A stretch of 64,000 nt of DNA, from contig OZ241456.1 in assembly GCA_965200875.1 (NCBI GenBank), positions 192,001 through 256,000 on the forward strand, written 5' to 3'. The position numbers and the translations under genes are program-made. This document shows, in pieces, positions 8,165-17,564 of this stretch. The first letter of the stretch is position 1, and each line of letters starts with the position of its first letter. This stretch comes from Bdellovibrionales bacterium. GTDB lineage: Bacteria; Bdellovibrionota; Bdellovibrionia; Bdellovibrionales; UBA1609. The notes under the pieces are model-generated. The model was not told the DNA's origin and searched no databases. It was given only the letters and a program-made list of their open reading frames with translations.

Positions 8165-8992
8165 ATGAATAAAAATGAAACTTTAACTTTGTGGCTCAGT
8201 ATTGGTGCGGCTATTTTCGCGGTTATGCTTCTTTACAGCTATACACAGGAAAAAAGTGCTCAGGTAGCCAAAAAATTTGGTTCTATGGCTTCTGTGGTGA
8301 CAGCAGTCAGAGAAATCGGAGAAATGGAAACAGTGGATGACTCCATGATTGAGCTTAAGGAGTACCCCAGCAGTTTCATTCAGCCGGAGGCTTTGCGGAC
8401 AATGGAGGAGGCCCTAGGTCTTGTAGCTTTAGCTCCTATCAGTGAAGGGGAGCAGGTGCTCAGAACAAAAATCACTCGCCCAGGCCCCACCACGGGTCTT
8501 TCTCTTCAAGTGTCTCCCAGCAAAAGGGCTTTAACCATTCCCATTGATGAAATGAGAGGGGTGGCCAAACTTTTAAAACCAGGAGATCGTGTGGATGTGA
8601 TCGCAGCACTGGATGTAAAGTCAGGAGTTTCCCAAAAAAAAGAAATAAAAACCATTATGCAGGATGTGGTTATCTTAGCGACAGGGATCAAAGTGGTAAA
8701 TGAACTTCCTAGGGTGTTTGAGGAAATCAGTGGAGATAGTTTTATTCGCAATATCCGTTCAGCGACAGATTTTAACTCCATTACCATTGAAGCAGACCCT
8801 AAGGATATCCAGGATCTGGTGTATGTGCTTTCCACCTCCCCTGGAGCTTTATTTCTTTCTTTAAGGCATCCAAGTGATCACTCTTTTACAGGTCATTTGC
8901 CGACTTCCAGTTTAAACTCTTTGTTGGGAAAAACTCCAAAGCGAAAACCCTCCGCGAAAAGAAAAAATGACTTGCCTAAGCTTTATAAATAA
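8165..8992 (+). CDS. cpaB: Flp pilus assembly protein CpaB/RcpC
   Basis: SAF-like domain, KRALTIPIDEMRGVAKLLKPGDRVDVI, QDVVILA. Confidence 0.93.
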   Translation: MNKNETLTLWLSIGAAIFAVMLLYSYTQEKSAQVAKKFGSMASVVTAVREIGEMETVDDSMIELKEYPSSFIQPEALRTMEEALGLVALAPISEGEQVLRTKITRPGPTTGLSLQVSPSKRALTIPIDEMRGVAKLLKPGDRVDVIAALDVKSGVSQKKEIKTIMQDVVILATGIKVVNELPRVFEEISGDSFIRNIRSATDFNSITIEADPKDIQDLVYVLSTSPGALFLSLRHPSDHSFTGHLPTSSLNSLLGKTPKRKPSAKRKNDLPKLYK

Positions 8993-8999
8993 AAAAGAG

Positions 9000-10574
9000 A
9001 TGGATATGAGAAAAAACTTTTTTTTTAAATTTTTTAAAGCTCGATTTTCTAGATGTCGGGAGCAAAAATCCTCTCAAAAAAAGAGCTTTTTTTTTATAAA
9101 GTGTTTTCTCCCATTGGTTTTTTGCCTAAGTTCTCCAGGGCTTAGGGGAGCACGGAATATGAGTTTAGAAACTTTACCGCTTTATGTGGGTGTTCAGTAT
9201 GATTATCAGCTTTCCTCAGACTTAAAAGGAAAAAAACTGAAGTTTGAAGGTTCTTATAAACGATACACCGGTTTGAAGTATAACTCAAAGACAGGGATTA
9301 TTCGTTTTATCCCCAGAAGAGTGGGGGTGAGTGCTTTGAATATCAAGGGTTTAAAAGGAAAGATTTTAAAAAAGCTTACCTTGAAAGTCAGTAAAACGGA
9401 CTTACAACAAGCCGCTACCGAAATTCAATCTCTCTTAAGAGCTGTGGATGGTATTCAGGTTAAAATTTTAAACAACAAAGTAGTGGTGGACGGAGAAATT
9501 TTGGTTCCAAGGGACATGAGACGTATTCACGATGTGGTGCGGGAGTACAGAGGCAAAGCCACCTCTCTTGTGACTTTAAGTCCTCTGGCGCAAAGTAAAG
9601 TGGCTAAATTTATCGAAAAGGAAATCAATGATCCAAATATTACTGTGCGGGCTACGAATATGGTGTTTATTTTAGAGGGTTTTGTCTCCAAACCGGCAGA
9701 AAAAAAGCGCGCTTTTGAAATTGCACAGCTTTATCTTCCCGATCATGTTGTGGATAGAGCCATCAGCGAAAACAAGGTTAAGGAGTGGAAGAGAACCCCG
9801 GTCTTAAATTACATTCAGGTTCGGGAAAAAAAGGCGGACACAAGACCTAAACTTATTCAGCTGATTGTGCATTATGTAGAATTGAATAAGGACTATGCAG
9901 ATAGTTTTCGCTTCCAGTGGACACCACAAATTGATGACACCCCCACTAAATTTACTTTTCATACCGGAAGTGCAGGACTAGGAGCCATTGGAGGGGTGTT
10001 GGCCGGTACCATCAATAATTTTTTGCCTAAACTGAATTGGGCCAAATCTTTTGGTTTCGCCCGGATTTTACACAGTGCCAATGTTATTACAGAAGCCGGA
10101 CAACAGGCTACCATTGCTTCTAAAAAACTCACCCCTTTTCAAGGTTCCACAGGGCAAAATGGAGAGCAAACTGTGGAAATGGCGGAAACAGGAATCCAAA
10201 TGCAACTCACACCGAATGTGGCAGGTCTTAGAGGAGATAGTGTTCGGTTGGCCAATGTGGGCTTCACAGTCAGCAACATGGTTGGTTCTGCCGGAGGAAA
10301 ACCCATTACCACTTCCCGAAAGCTTACGACCAGTATTCATGTTCAAAGCGGATTAAGTGCGGTAATGGGAGGAATTATCAGCAATAAAACTTTTTCAGAT
10401 TATAATCGGGAGCCTCCTCAGGGAAGTTCCAGGCCCTTGTTTTCTTTTCTGGCCTCCAAAAAGTTTCATCGTTCTCAAAGTCAGTTTATTGTGTTTGTAA
10501 CCCCTATTATCAAGACTTCTGCCAGTTCAGGAGTCCGTAGAATTAAGAAAAAATTTAAACTTTCGGGTAGGTGA
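9000..10574 (+). CDS. Tad secretin-like protein (RcpA/CpaC) with BON-type domains
   Basis: Position in the tad cluster; secretin-like C-terminus GLSAVMGG...FIVFVTPII; start uncertain. Confidence 0.8.
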   Translation: MDMRKNFFFKFFKARFSRCREQKSSQKKSFFFIKCFLPLVFCLSSPGLRGARNMSLETLPLYVGVQYDYQLSSDLKGKKLKFEGSYKRYTGLKYNSKTGIIRFIPRRVGVSALNIKGLKGKILKKLTLKVSKTDLQQAATEIQSLLRAVDGIQVKILNNKVVVDGEILVPRDMRRIHDVVREYRGKATSLVTLSPLAQSKVAKFIEKEINDPNITVRATNMVFILEGFVSKPAEKKRAFEIAQLYLPDHVVDRAISENKVKEWKRTPVLNYIQVREKKADTRPKLIQLIVHYVELNKDYADSFRFQWTPQIDDTPTKFTFHTGSAGLGAIGGVLAGTINNFLPKLNWAKSFGFARILHSANVITEAGQQATIASKKLTPFQGSTGQNGEQTVEMAETGIQMQLTPNVAGLRGDSVRLANVGFTVSNMVGSAGGKPITTSRKLTTSIHVQSGLSAVMGGIISNKTFSDYNREPPQGSSRPLFSFLASKKFHRSQSQFIVFVTPIIKTSASSGVRRIKKKFKLSGR

Positions 10575-10587
10575 CTACACTTTCTCC

Positions 10588-10615
10588 TAAAGAGACTGCC
10601 GTCTTCTTCCGAATG
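10588..10615 (+). promoter_or_regulatory. Putative sigma28-like promoter
   Basis: TAAA-N16-TCCGAATG upstream of the Tad ATPase gene. Confidence 0.4.
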
Positions 10616-10645
10616 AATTATTTAAAACAGGAATAAGGGTAAATA

Positions 10646-12904
10646 ATGAATCCAGGATGTCATTTAATTGCTGTAACCGGAGGCAAAGGGGGTGTGGGAA
10701 AAAGTGTTCTCGCAGCTAACCTAGCTTTTGCCCTGCAAAAGGAAATGAAAACCCCAGCTTTGCTGATTGACCTAGATGAAAAAAGCTGTGGAGATCAAAG
10801 CGTTATTATTGGGCTTAGGCCCCGGAAAACTGTTTTGGATTTAACCCGCTTTTCCGGGGTAATCAGCGATCAAAACGCCAAAAGCTTTTTAGCTTATCAT
10901 AAGGCGGGGCTAGCTTATCTTGGAGCTGTAACAGGTCCTGAGCAAAACTTGTCCGGGGACCCTAAACTTTTTGAAAAACAGCTTTATGGGCTTTCTCAGA
11001 TTTTTAAGTATATTGTGGTGGATGTAGGTTCTCTTTTAAACCCTTTGCAGTTTTCCGCCTTAGAAATATCCAGTGCCATTTTGGTGGTGCTCACTCCAGA
11101 GATTTTGGTGGTGAATCAAACCAAAAGACTTTTAAACGAAATGAGTTCTCAGACTCTTCCCTCTCAGCTTTTTCAAATTGTGATCAATCAATCTGGAAAA
11201 GGAGGGCTTTCTACGCAGGCTATTTCCTCCAGCTTGAGGCTCCCCGTGGTGGCGATATTACCTAAAGATGATCTCTCCTCCTCTCAGGCTCTGGAGTCCT
11301 CTCTCCCTTTTGTACTGTCTAGGCCCTCATTGCCTCTCACTCAGGGTTTTCATGATATGGTAAGAAGGCTGGTGGGAGGAGTTTTGCAAAGAAACAAAGC
11401 TCTGATTCGTCCTAAAAAACCGTCCGCATCTAGTTCTGCTCCTTCGGGAAACACTTCTTCTCCTGGTGCCTCCTCTACTCAGGGGCGTGAGCTTACCCCT
11501 CTTATTATTTTGAAAATGCAAATTCATACGGAACTGATAAAAGAGATGGATCTCAAAAAAGATCTCACTCAGGCCAAAGATGAAGCCTCCAAACAGGAGC
11601 TAAAAAACAAAACACAGATTGTGGTGTCACGCTTGGTGGATAGAAGAGGCCAAGGGCTTTCTCGCCAAGAAAGAAGCCAAGTGATAAAGCAAGTTTTAGA
11701 TGAATCTTTGGGGCTTGGTCCCTTGGAGGAATTGCTTGCCGATCCAGCTGTTACAGAAATTATGGTGAATGGTTGTGATCAGATTTTTTGTGAAAGGAGC
11801 GGAAAAATTCAGTTAAGCCCCGTGACTTTTACTTCCAATCAGCAGTTAAGGAATGTGATAGAGAGAATTGTTACCCCCCTAGGCCGAAGAATTGACGAAA
11901 AAACCCCTTATGTGGATGCTCGTTTAGCAGATGGCTCCCGGGTAAATGCAGTGATTGAACCTCTTTCCATTGATGGTCCGGCAGTTACTATTCGTAAATT
12001 TCCACAGGACAGAGTGGTTATTGATGATCTGGTAAGTCGCTTTGGATCCATGACTTCTGCAATGGCAGATTTTTTTAAGATCTGTGTGGAGCAGGGCCTG
12101 AATATTGTAATATCTGGCGGAACCGGTTCCGGAAAAACCACTCTTTTAAATGTGCTTTCAAGCTTTATTCCAGCCAATGAGAGAATCATTACTGTAGAAG
12201 ACGCAGCAGAGCTTCAGTTAAAACAGGAACATGTTGTAAGGCTTGAGACTCGTCCGGCCAATATGGAGGGAACGGGGGAGGTTAGTATCAGGGACTTAAT
12301 TCGAAACTCCCTTAGAATGAGACCAGATCGCATTGTAGTGGGGGAATGCCGGGATGGTGCGGCTTTGGATATGCTTTCCGCCATGAATACGGGCCACGAT
12401 GGGTCCATGACCACTGTGCATGCCAATAACCCAAGAGAGGCTTGTGCTAGGCTTGAAACTTTATGTTTAATGGCCGGCATGGATCTGCCGATAAAAGCTA
12501 TCAGGGAACAAGTGGCGGGTGCGGTGCATCTGATTATTCAAATCGGAAGACTCAGTGACGGGACCCGAAAAGTAAAAAATGTGGCGGAAGTGGTGGGAAT
12601 GCAGGGAGATACTGTGACTTTGCAGGAAATTTTTCGATTTAAAGAGGAAGGCTTTGACAAAAACCGAAAAATTCTGGGGCAGTTTCAGGCTATGGGTATG
12701 ATTCCCACTTTTATAGAAAAATTTGAAAAAAGAGGTTTGAAAATTCCCAGATCTCTTTTCACCACTAGCTCTTCCACTAGAAATGAAAAAAAGTCTTTAT
12801 TGAGTGCCGGCAAAGCCGGCTTGAAAAAGGCACCGGGAATAGCTGGCAAAAAGTTATCCCTTAAAAAACCTCTTTCCCCACCCGGAGTAAAAAAGGCTGG
12901 GTAA
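10646..12904 (+). CDS. tadA: Fused CpaE/TadZ (MinD-like) and CpaF/TadA pilus ATPase
   Basis: GGKGGVGKS deviant P-loop; SGGTGSGKTT, LRMRPDRIVVGE, MNTGHDGSMTTVHAN. Confidence 0.95.
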   Translation: MNPGCHLIAVTGGKGGVGKSVLAANLAFALQKEMKTPALLIDLDEKSCGDQSVIIGLRPRKTVLDLTRFSGVISDQNAKSFLAYHKAGLAYLGAVTGPEQNLSGDPKLFEKQLYGLSQIFKYIVVDVGSLLNPLQFSALEISSAILVVLTPEILVVNQTKRLLNEMSSQTLPSQLFQIVINQSGKGGLSTQAISSSLRLPVVAILPKDDLSSSQALESSLPFVLSRPSLPLTQGFHDMVRRLVGGVLQRNKALIRPKKPSASSSAPSGNTSSPGASSTQGRELTPLIILKMQIHTELIKEMDLKKDLTQAKDEASKQELKNKTQIVVSRLVDRRGQGLSRQERSQVIKQVLDESLGLGPLEELLADPAVTEIMVNGCDQIFCERSGKIQLSPVTFTSNQQLRNVIERIVTPLGRRIDEKTPYVDARLADGSRVNAVIEPLSIDGPAVTIRKFPQDRVVIDDLVSRFGSMTSAMADFFKICVEQGLNIVISGGTGSGKTTLLNVLSSFIPANERIITVEDAAELQLKQEHVVRLETRPANMEGTGEVSIRDLIRNSLRMRPDRIVVGECRDGAALDMLSAMNTGHDGSMTTVHANNPREACARLETLCLMAGMDLPIKAIREQVAGAVHLIIQIGRLSDGTRKVKNVAEVVGMQGDTVTLQEIFRFKEEGFDKNRKILGQFQAMGMIPTFIEKFEKRGLKIPRSLFTTSSSTRNEKKSLLSAGKAGLKKAPGIAGKKLSLKKPLSPPGVKKAG

Positions 12905-12972
12905 AAAAAGAGATCACCGGTTGGTAAGCTTTAAAAAAGCCCGGCTTAAAACTTTAAAGGAGCCCCTAGAAA

Positions 12973-13863
12973 ATGGACCTTTTAAAAACTTTTTTTTTAA
13001 AGCCTTTTGTTTTGTCCATTGTAGTGGGCCTGTTGGTGTTTTTGTTTTTTTATATTCGTTTTCCGGGAATTATAAATTTTTTTAAGGATAAAACCCTTAA
13101 TTCTCAAAAAGAGATTTTAAGAATTGCTGATCAGATGATGCTTAAAGTTTCCGAAGAAAAAATCGCGCTTTGGCTTTGGGTTTTTGGACTCTGTTTTGGC
13201 TTTTTGATTTTTTTGGCCTGTTGGCCCAGTTTGCCTTTAGGTGTGGTGTTTGGTTCTATAGGATTTCTTTGTTCTTGGATTGGAATACAGCAAATTATGC
13301 GGACCAAGTGGGAGACTAGATCTAATAAATTGGTCCGTGAGATGGTGGAAGGGCTTACCATTATGACCAATGGAGTGAAAGTAGGTCTCAGTATCACCCA
13401 AGCTATGGAAAGAGTGATTAAGAACATGAAAGGTGGGCCTTTGGCTCAGGAATTTCAGCTGGTATTGAATAAGACACACTTAGGTATGAGTGTTGAGGAG
13501 GCTTTTACGGAAATGGAAAAAAGAATTGATCGACCGGATGTTACCATGATGGTGGTGGCCATCAATATTTTGAAAGAAACCGGAGGAAATATCGCGGAAA
13601 CTTTGGCGGTAATTTCTGAGACCATTAGAGAAAGGCAAAAAGTGCAAAATAAGATCAGCGCGCTTACAGCTCAAGGAACCATGCAGGCCATTATTATTTC
13701 CATTGTGCCTTTTGTGATTCTTATCGGAATGTTTGCAACAGATAAAAGAAAAGCAGAGCTGATGCTGGGCACGCCTTTGGGCCTGCTTTCTTTGTTAATA
13801 ATTATGGCTTTGATTTTTTCCGGTGGATTTTTAATGAAAAAAGTGGTTACAATTAAAGTCTGA
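12973..13863 (+). CDS. tadB: TadB platform protein (T2SS F family)
   Basis: ETGGNIAETL, IRERQKV...ISALTAQG. Confidence 0.92.
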   Translation: MDLLKTFFLKPFVLSIVVGLLVFLFFYIRFPGIINFFKDKTLNSQKEILRIADQMMLKVSEEKIALWLWVFGLCFGFLIFLACWPSLPLGVVFGSIGFLCSWIGIQQIMRTKWETRSNKLVREMVEGLTIMTNGVKVGLSITQAMERVIKNMKGGPLAQEFQLVLNKTHLGMSVEEAFTEMEKRIDRPDVTMMVVAINILKETGGNIAETLAVISETIRERQKVQNKISALTAQGTMQAIIISIVPFVILIGMFATDKRKAELMLGTPLGLLSLLIIMALIFSGGFLMKKVVTIKV

Positions 13864-13955
13864 TGTTTTTTGGTTTTAACTCATTTAAAAAATCGGTTTG
13901 GAAGTTTTGAGTTTTCTAAGCTGGAGAATATAAAATCTGCGAGGGGGATATAATA

Positions 13956-15596
13956 ATGAAAATAAAGCTCAGTTTGCTTTTTTTTGTGTTTTGTGGATTT
14001 GAGGTCAAAGCACTTGTGGATACCAAGAATGCCAACTACACGAAAACCTTTGTGGATATTTCCATTCCTGGATCGGGACTTCCTCTTTTAGTGGAGCGCA
14101 CTTATAATTCCAGATCTCTTTACAGGGGAATGTTTGGTTATGGCTGGTGTTCCAATTTGGAAACCCGGCTGGAGGTTATGCCGGACAATACCTTAATGAT
14201 TGTGGAGTGCGGAGGGGGTTTGGAAATTCCTTATGTTTCCAATATGTCCAAAGGTAGTCGTCAAGCTTTGATTCAAAGGATTATGGCCGAGGTAAAAAAG
14301 AAAAAAGGACTTTCCAAGAAGTATGTAAGTCAGGTGGAAAGGGATTTAAAAAAATCCCCACTCCTTCAGTCCGAGCTGATTCGGGCTTTTCGTTTAAGAG
14401 GAAAGGCAAAAGCCGGGGAAACTTATCGGGCCGTGGGTCGACAAGGTGATTACATTCAATTTACGGGCAGTCAGTATCGGAGAACCCTTCCTAATTCGCA
14501 GGTTCAGATTTTTGATCAAACTGGCGCACTTATTCAGGAGCAGGATAAATCCGGGAACTGGATAAAGATACGAAGAAAAAAAGGCAAAATTGTGAAAGTC
14601 ATGGACAATAAAGGAAGAAGCCTTAGCTTCAGAAGAAAAAAAGGAGTGCTCACCATAACAGGGCCAAATGGTCTTAAAGCCAGTTATACCATTGAAGGAG
14701 ATAACCTTTTAAGTGTGGTAAATAGCAAAGGGGAAAAATATGTGCATCTTTACGACAGCAATCATAACCTGATAAAAACCCGCTATCCAGATGGCACTTA
14801 TGAGTCTTTAAGCTATAATAAGAACAGGGATTGGGTGATGTCTTTTAAAGATCGTCGGGGTTGCAAGGAAAGATACAAATATGTCACCAATAAAAGAAAC
14901 AAAGATCATTATTGGACAGATGTGAGAAAAATTTGTGGAAAAAGGGTGACCAATATCAGTCGGTACGAATTTTGGAACCGGAAAAAACCGGACGGCAGTA
15001 AATATCTTTATCGGGCACGACAAAAAGTAAATGGCTTGGTTGCAGATATCACTTATGACGGGAAAACAGGTTCTCCCCTTTCTGTGACCCGAAACAGAAT
15101 CACCACTCGCTATGCTTATTATGGGAACGGCTTTTTAAAATCCCGATTGGATCCGGGAAGAAAAGTGACTTTTTCCAAATACAATAACAAATGCAAAAAA
15201 CCCACTCAGGTTTTGGTGCAGTATATTCAAAATAAAAAGCCCGTTCGTAAGGTACAAACACAGATCTCTTATGATGCGAAAAAATGTCATCTGACTATGG
15301 CTAAACAATCCGGCACGGGCCGGTGGGTGGTTGTAAAAAGAGATCACTTAGGGCGTATATCAGAGATGCGGGATCAGAGTAAAAAAAGAATTATCGTGGC
15401 TTATGATGAAAGATACAGTAAACCTAAAAAGATCACTCGCCCTGGTGTAGGATCCATTCAGGTTTTTTACAATAAAGCGGGCCAAGTGGATACGGGAAAA
15501 ACCAGAACCGATCCCACAGTAGCGGCTCAGGTGGCAAGTGTCTTTAACGGCTTTTTGGAAATTATCTCTCCGGTGGCAAGGAATATTAATATCTAA
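13956..15596 (+). CDS. Secreted YD/Rhs-repeat protein (Bd0109-like)
   Basis: Signal peptide, ERTYNSRS...GMFGYGW, YD repeats, no toxin tail. Confidence 0.85.
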   Translation: MKIKLSLLFFVFCGFEVKALVDTKNANYTKTFVDISIPGSGLPLLVERTYNSRSLYRGMFGYGWCSNLETRLEVMPDNTLMIVECGGGLEIPYVSNMSKGSRQALIQRIMAEVKKKKGLSKKYVSQVERDLKKSPLLQSELIRAFRLRGKAKAGETYRAVGRQGDYIQFTGSQYRRTLPNSQVQIFDQTGALIQEQDKSGNWIKIRRKKGKIVKVMDNKGRSLSFRRKKGVLTITGPNGLKASYTIEGDNLLSVVNSKGEKYVHLYDSNHNLIKTRYPDGTYESLSYNKNRDWVMSFKDRRGCKERYKYVTNKRNKDHYWTDVRKICGKRVTNISRYEFWNRKKPDGSKYLYRARQKVNGLVADITYDGKTGSPLSVTRNRITTRYAYYGNGFLKSRLDPGRKVTFSKYNNKCKKPTQVLVQYIQNKKPVRKVQTQISYDAKKCHLTMAKQSGTGRWVVVKRDHLGRISEMRDQSKKRIIVAYDERYSKPKKITRPGVGSIQVFYNKAGQVDTGKTRTDPTVAAQVASVFNGFLEIISPVARNINI

Positions 15597-15669
15597 TTAC
15601 TTAAGGCTACCGATGACTCCTCTTTTAGAGGATTGATTTTTGGATCAAGAAAATTCAGGAGAAAACAGG

Positions 15670-15939
15670 ATGAAAAAATCAGGGTTTTGGATTTTGTTTT
15701 TTTTGCTGTGTCTCCCTTTGGAGGCGAAAGTGGTGTGTAAAACTCCTTCTGATACAGGAAATGAGGCCACGGAAGCTGGTAATATTCAGCAGGAGTGCAA
15801 TGAGGATAGCACCGGTTCCGTGCAAGTTAGTGATAGAGATGTGAATGTTCAGCAAATAGCAAATGTTTTAACAAGTGATCAGGTTTCCTCTAAAGGAGAG
15901 AGTTCTAAAAGTGGTGGTGCTTCTGGAGCGACAAGATAA
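15670..15939 (+). CDS. Small secreted disordered protein, positional analogue of Bd0108 (hit)
   Basis: 89 aa, signal peptide, two Cys in the mature part, S/G/E-rich; directly after the YD gene. Confidence 0.7.
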   Translation: MKKSGFWILFFLLCLPLEAKVVCKTPSDTGNEATEAGNIQQECNEDSTGSVQVSDRDVNVQQIANVLTSDQVSSKGESSKSGGASGATR

Positions 15940-15959
15940 AAAACTTATTCAATCAAAAT

Positions 15960-16247
15960 ATGGAAATAACTTTAAATGTCACTTTATTAACGGCTTTATT
16001 TGCATTGCTTTTGACAGGTGGTATTTTTTTATTTGCTTTTCAGGCATTTCTCTTAAGAGGTGTTAATGCTATGTTGGATTCAAAGACAGAACCCTTAAAA
16101 GAAAATCAAGTGCGTATGGAAAAAGACCTTAATCAGCTGGAAAAAGATATTAATCAATTAAAAGAAAGTCATATACGGATGGAAAGTGAACTTAATCAGT
16201 TTAAAGTGGAAGTAAATGTCAAGTTGGACAAGCTTTTAAGCAAATAA
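15960..16247 (+). CDS. Small TM + coiled-coil protein (paralogue of 40378-40611)
   Basis: MEITLNVTL N-terminus, heptad repeats. Confidence 0.8.
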   Translation: MEITLNVTLLTALFALLLTGGIFLFAFQAFLLRGVNAMLDSKTEPLKENQVRMEKDLNQLEKDINQLKESHIRMESELNQFKVEVNVKLDKLLSK

Positions 16248-16298
16248 ACAATCCTGTGCGGGATAAAGCTTTTAACATATTTTGACATTTGATTTTTT

Positions 16299-17069
16299 TT
16301 ATTTGCTTTTAAAAATAGATACCCATTCTTCCGGCAATGTTTTCCTAAAACCCATTACCAGAAAGCTCGGGCAATTTTTTTTCAAATCCTGCCTTAACAC
16401 TTTTTTTTGAAAGTCAGAAAGTTCTTCAAAAGAGGGAATGCACACAAAAACCCCGTTCATTTCCTGAAAGATCCCTTTTTTCCATTTAAAAGCTTCTGTG
16501 TTTAAAAACGCAAAAGCGGATGTTTTTAAATACAGATTATGGGCCATTTTCAGTAGCTCCGATTTTTTGTTTTTCGGGAGTAAGAGTGGAAAAAGCTCTT
16601 TGTTCATTTTTTTAGGCGTGATTTCTGTTTTTTTATAATCTCTGCTTAAAAAATCCCGGCTTTGTAAATAACAATCTATAAATGTTCTTACCTCACTTGG
16701 GCGGGGATTTTCTTTAAGAAAGGGCTTAAAAGCTCTCCCATTTCCTTCGCCTCTTTCGGAGATTGTCATTTCCTTAAAGCTTGGAAATACAAAAGAAAGT
16801 TTTTTTTCTCTCCTCCCAGAGCGAAAACAAATCAGCACACCAAAGAAATTTTTTCCGGAAAAAAGTGGAAAACCCACTTTTCCCTCTAGGAAAAACCAGT
16901 CTCTTTCATATAAAACCGGAAAAGGAGCTGTGATTAAGTGTATGGAGGAGAGGTTCCACTTTTTTTTCAGCAGACCCATTAAATGGGGAATCTCCCATTG
17001 AATCATTCTTTTTTTCTGATTTTTTCCTAAAACTTCTTTCTTCATTGTCTCATTTCCTTTTTCATTCAT
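16299..17069 (-). CDS. Hypothetical protein, C-terminus resembles a degenerate sigma54-activator AAA+ region
   Basis: 256 aa ORF; weak pattern similarity only. Confidence 0.5.
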   Translation of the reverse strand: MNEKGNETMKKEVLGKNQKKRMIQWEIPHLMGLLKKKWNLSSIHLITAPFPVLYERDWFFLEGKVGFPLFSGKNFFGVLICFRSGRREKKLSFVFPSFKEMTISERGEGNGRAFKPFLKENPRPSEVRTFIDCYLQSRDFLSRDYKKTEITPKKMNKELFPLLLPKNKKSELLKMAHNLYLKTSAFAFLNTEAFKWKKGIFQEMNGVFVCIPSFEELSDFQKKVLRQDLKKNCPSFLVMGFRKTLPEEWVSIFKSK

Positions 17070-17564
17070 ATATATTCTTGCAAAAATGAGGACATAAAGC
17101 TTTAAAACTGGCGATTTTAAGGAAGACTTGAAGCTTAAAAACAGAATTTCTTAAAAAAACCTAAAAAAAATGAGGTGTTTTCGTTACCAAAGTCGGGAAA
17201 AGGATGATGTAAATACTTAAAATATTTGGTTTTATTTTTGTCTGTAAAATAAATAAACAGTTCTTTTAAATTCAGAGAAAAAACATTTTTTTTAAGAAAA
17301 AAAACTTTTTATATCTGAAAAAAAACCTTTAAGGAAAGAAAATCCCCTGCTGGATTTTAAACAAAAATATAAATTTTACATTCTTTTACGATTTAAGGTT
17401 TGGAAATTCGGGGTCTTTAATCGTTGGTTATGCAGGACAAATAAAAAGTTATTGTTGTTAAAAACTTCATTCTTAAAAGCTAGAAAGCCCCTTAGGGAGT
17501 GTGGGTTTCGAGAGAGTTTTTAAGCTCTTGACAGAACTTTTGATTTTTTTACTAATAAAAAAAT

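Noticed and set aside
13956..15939. Rhs toxin-immunity pair
   Set aside because: No DPxG cleavage motif or toxin tail; the downstream protein has a signal peptide and is disordered
17070..17564. Replication origin
   Set aside because: No DnaA-box cluster seen, no dnaA nearby, and no evident skew switch
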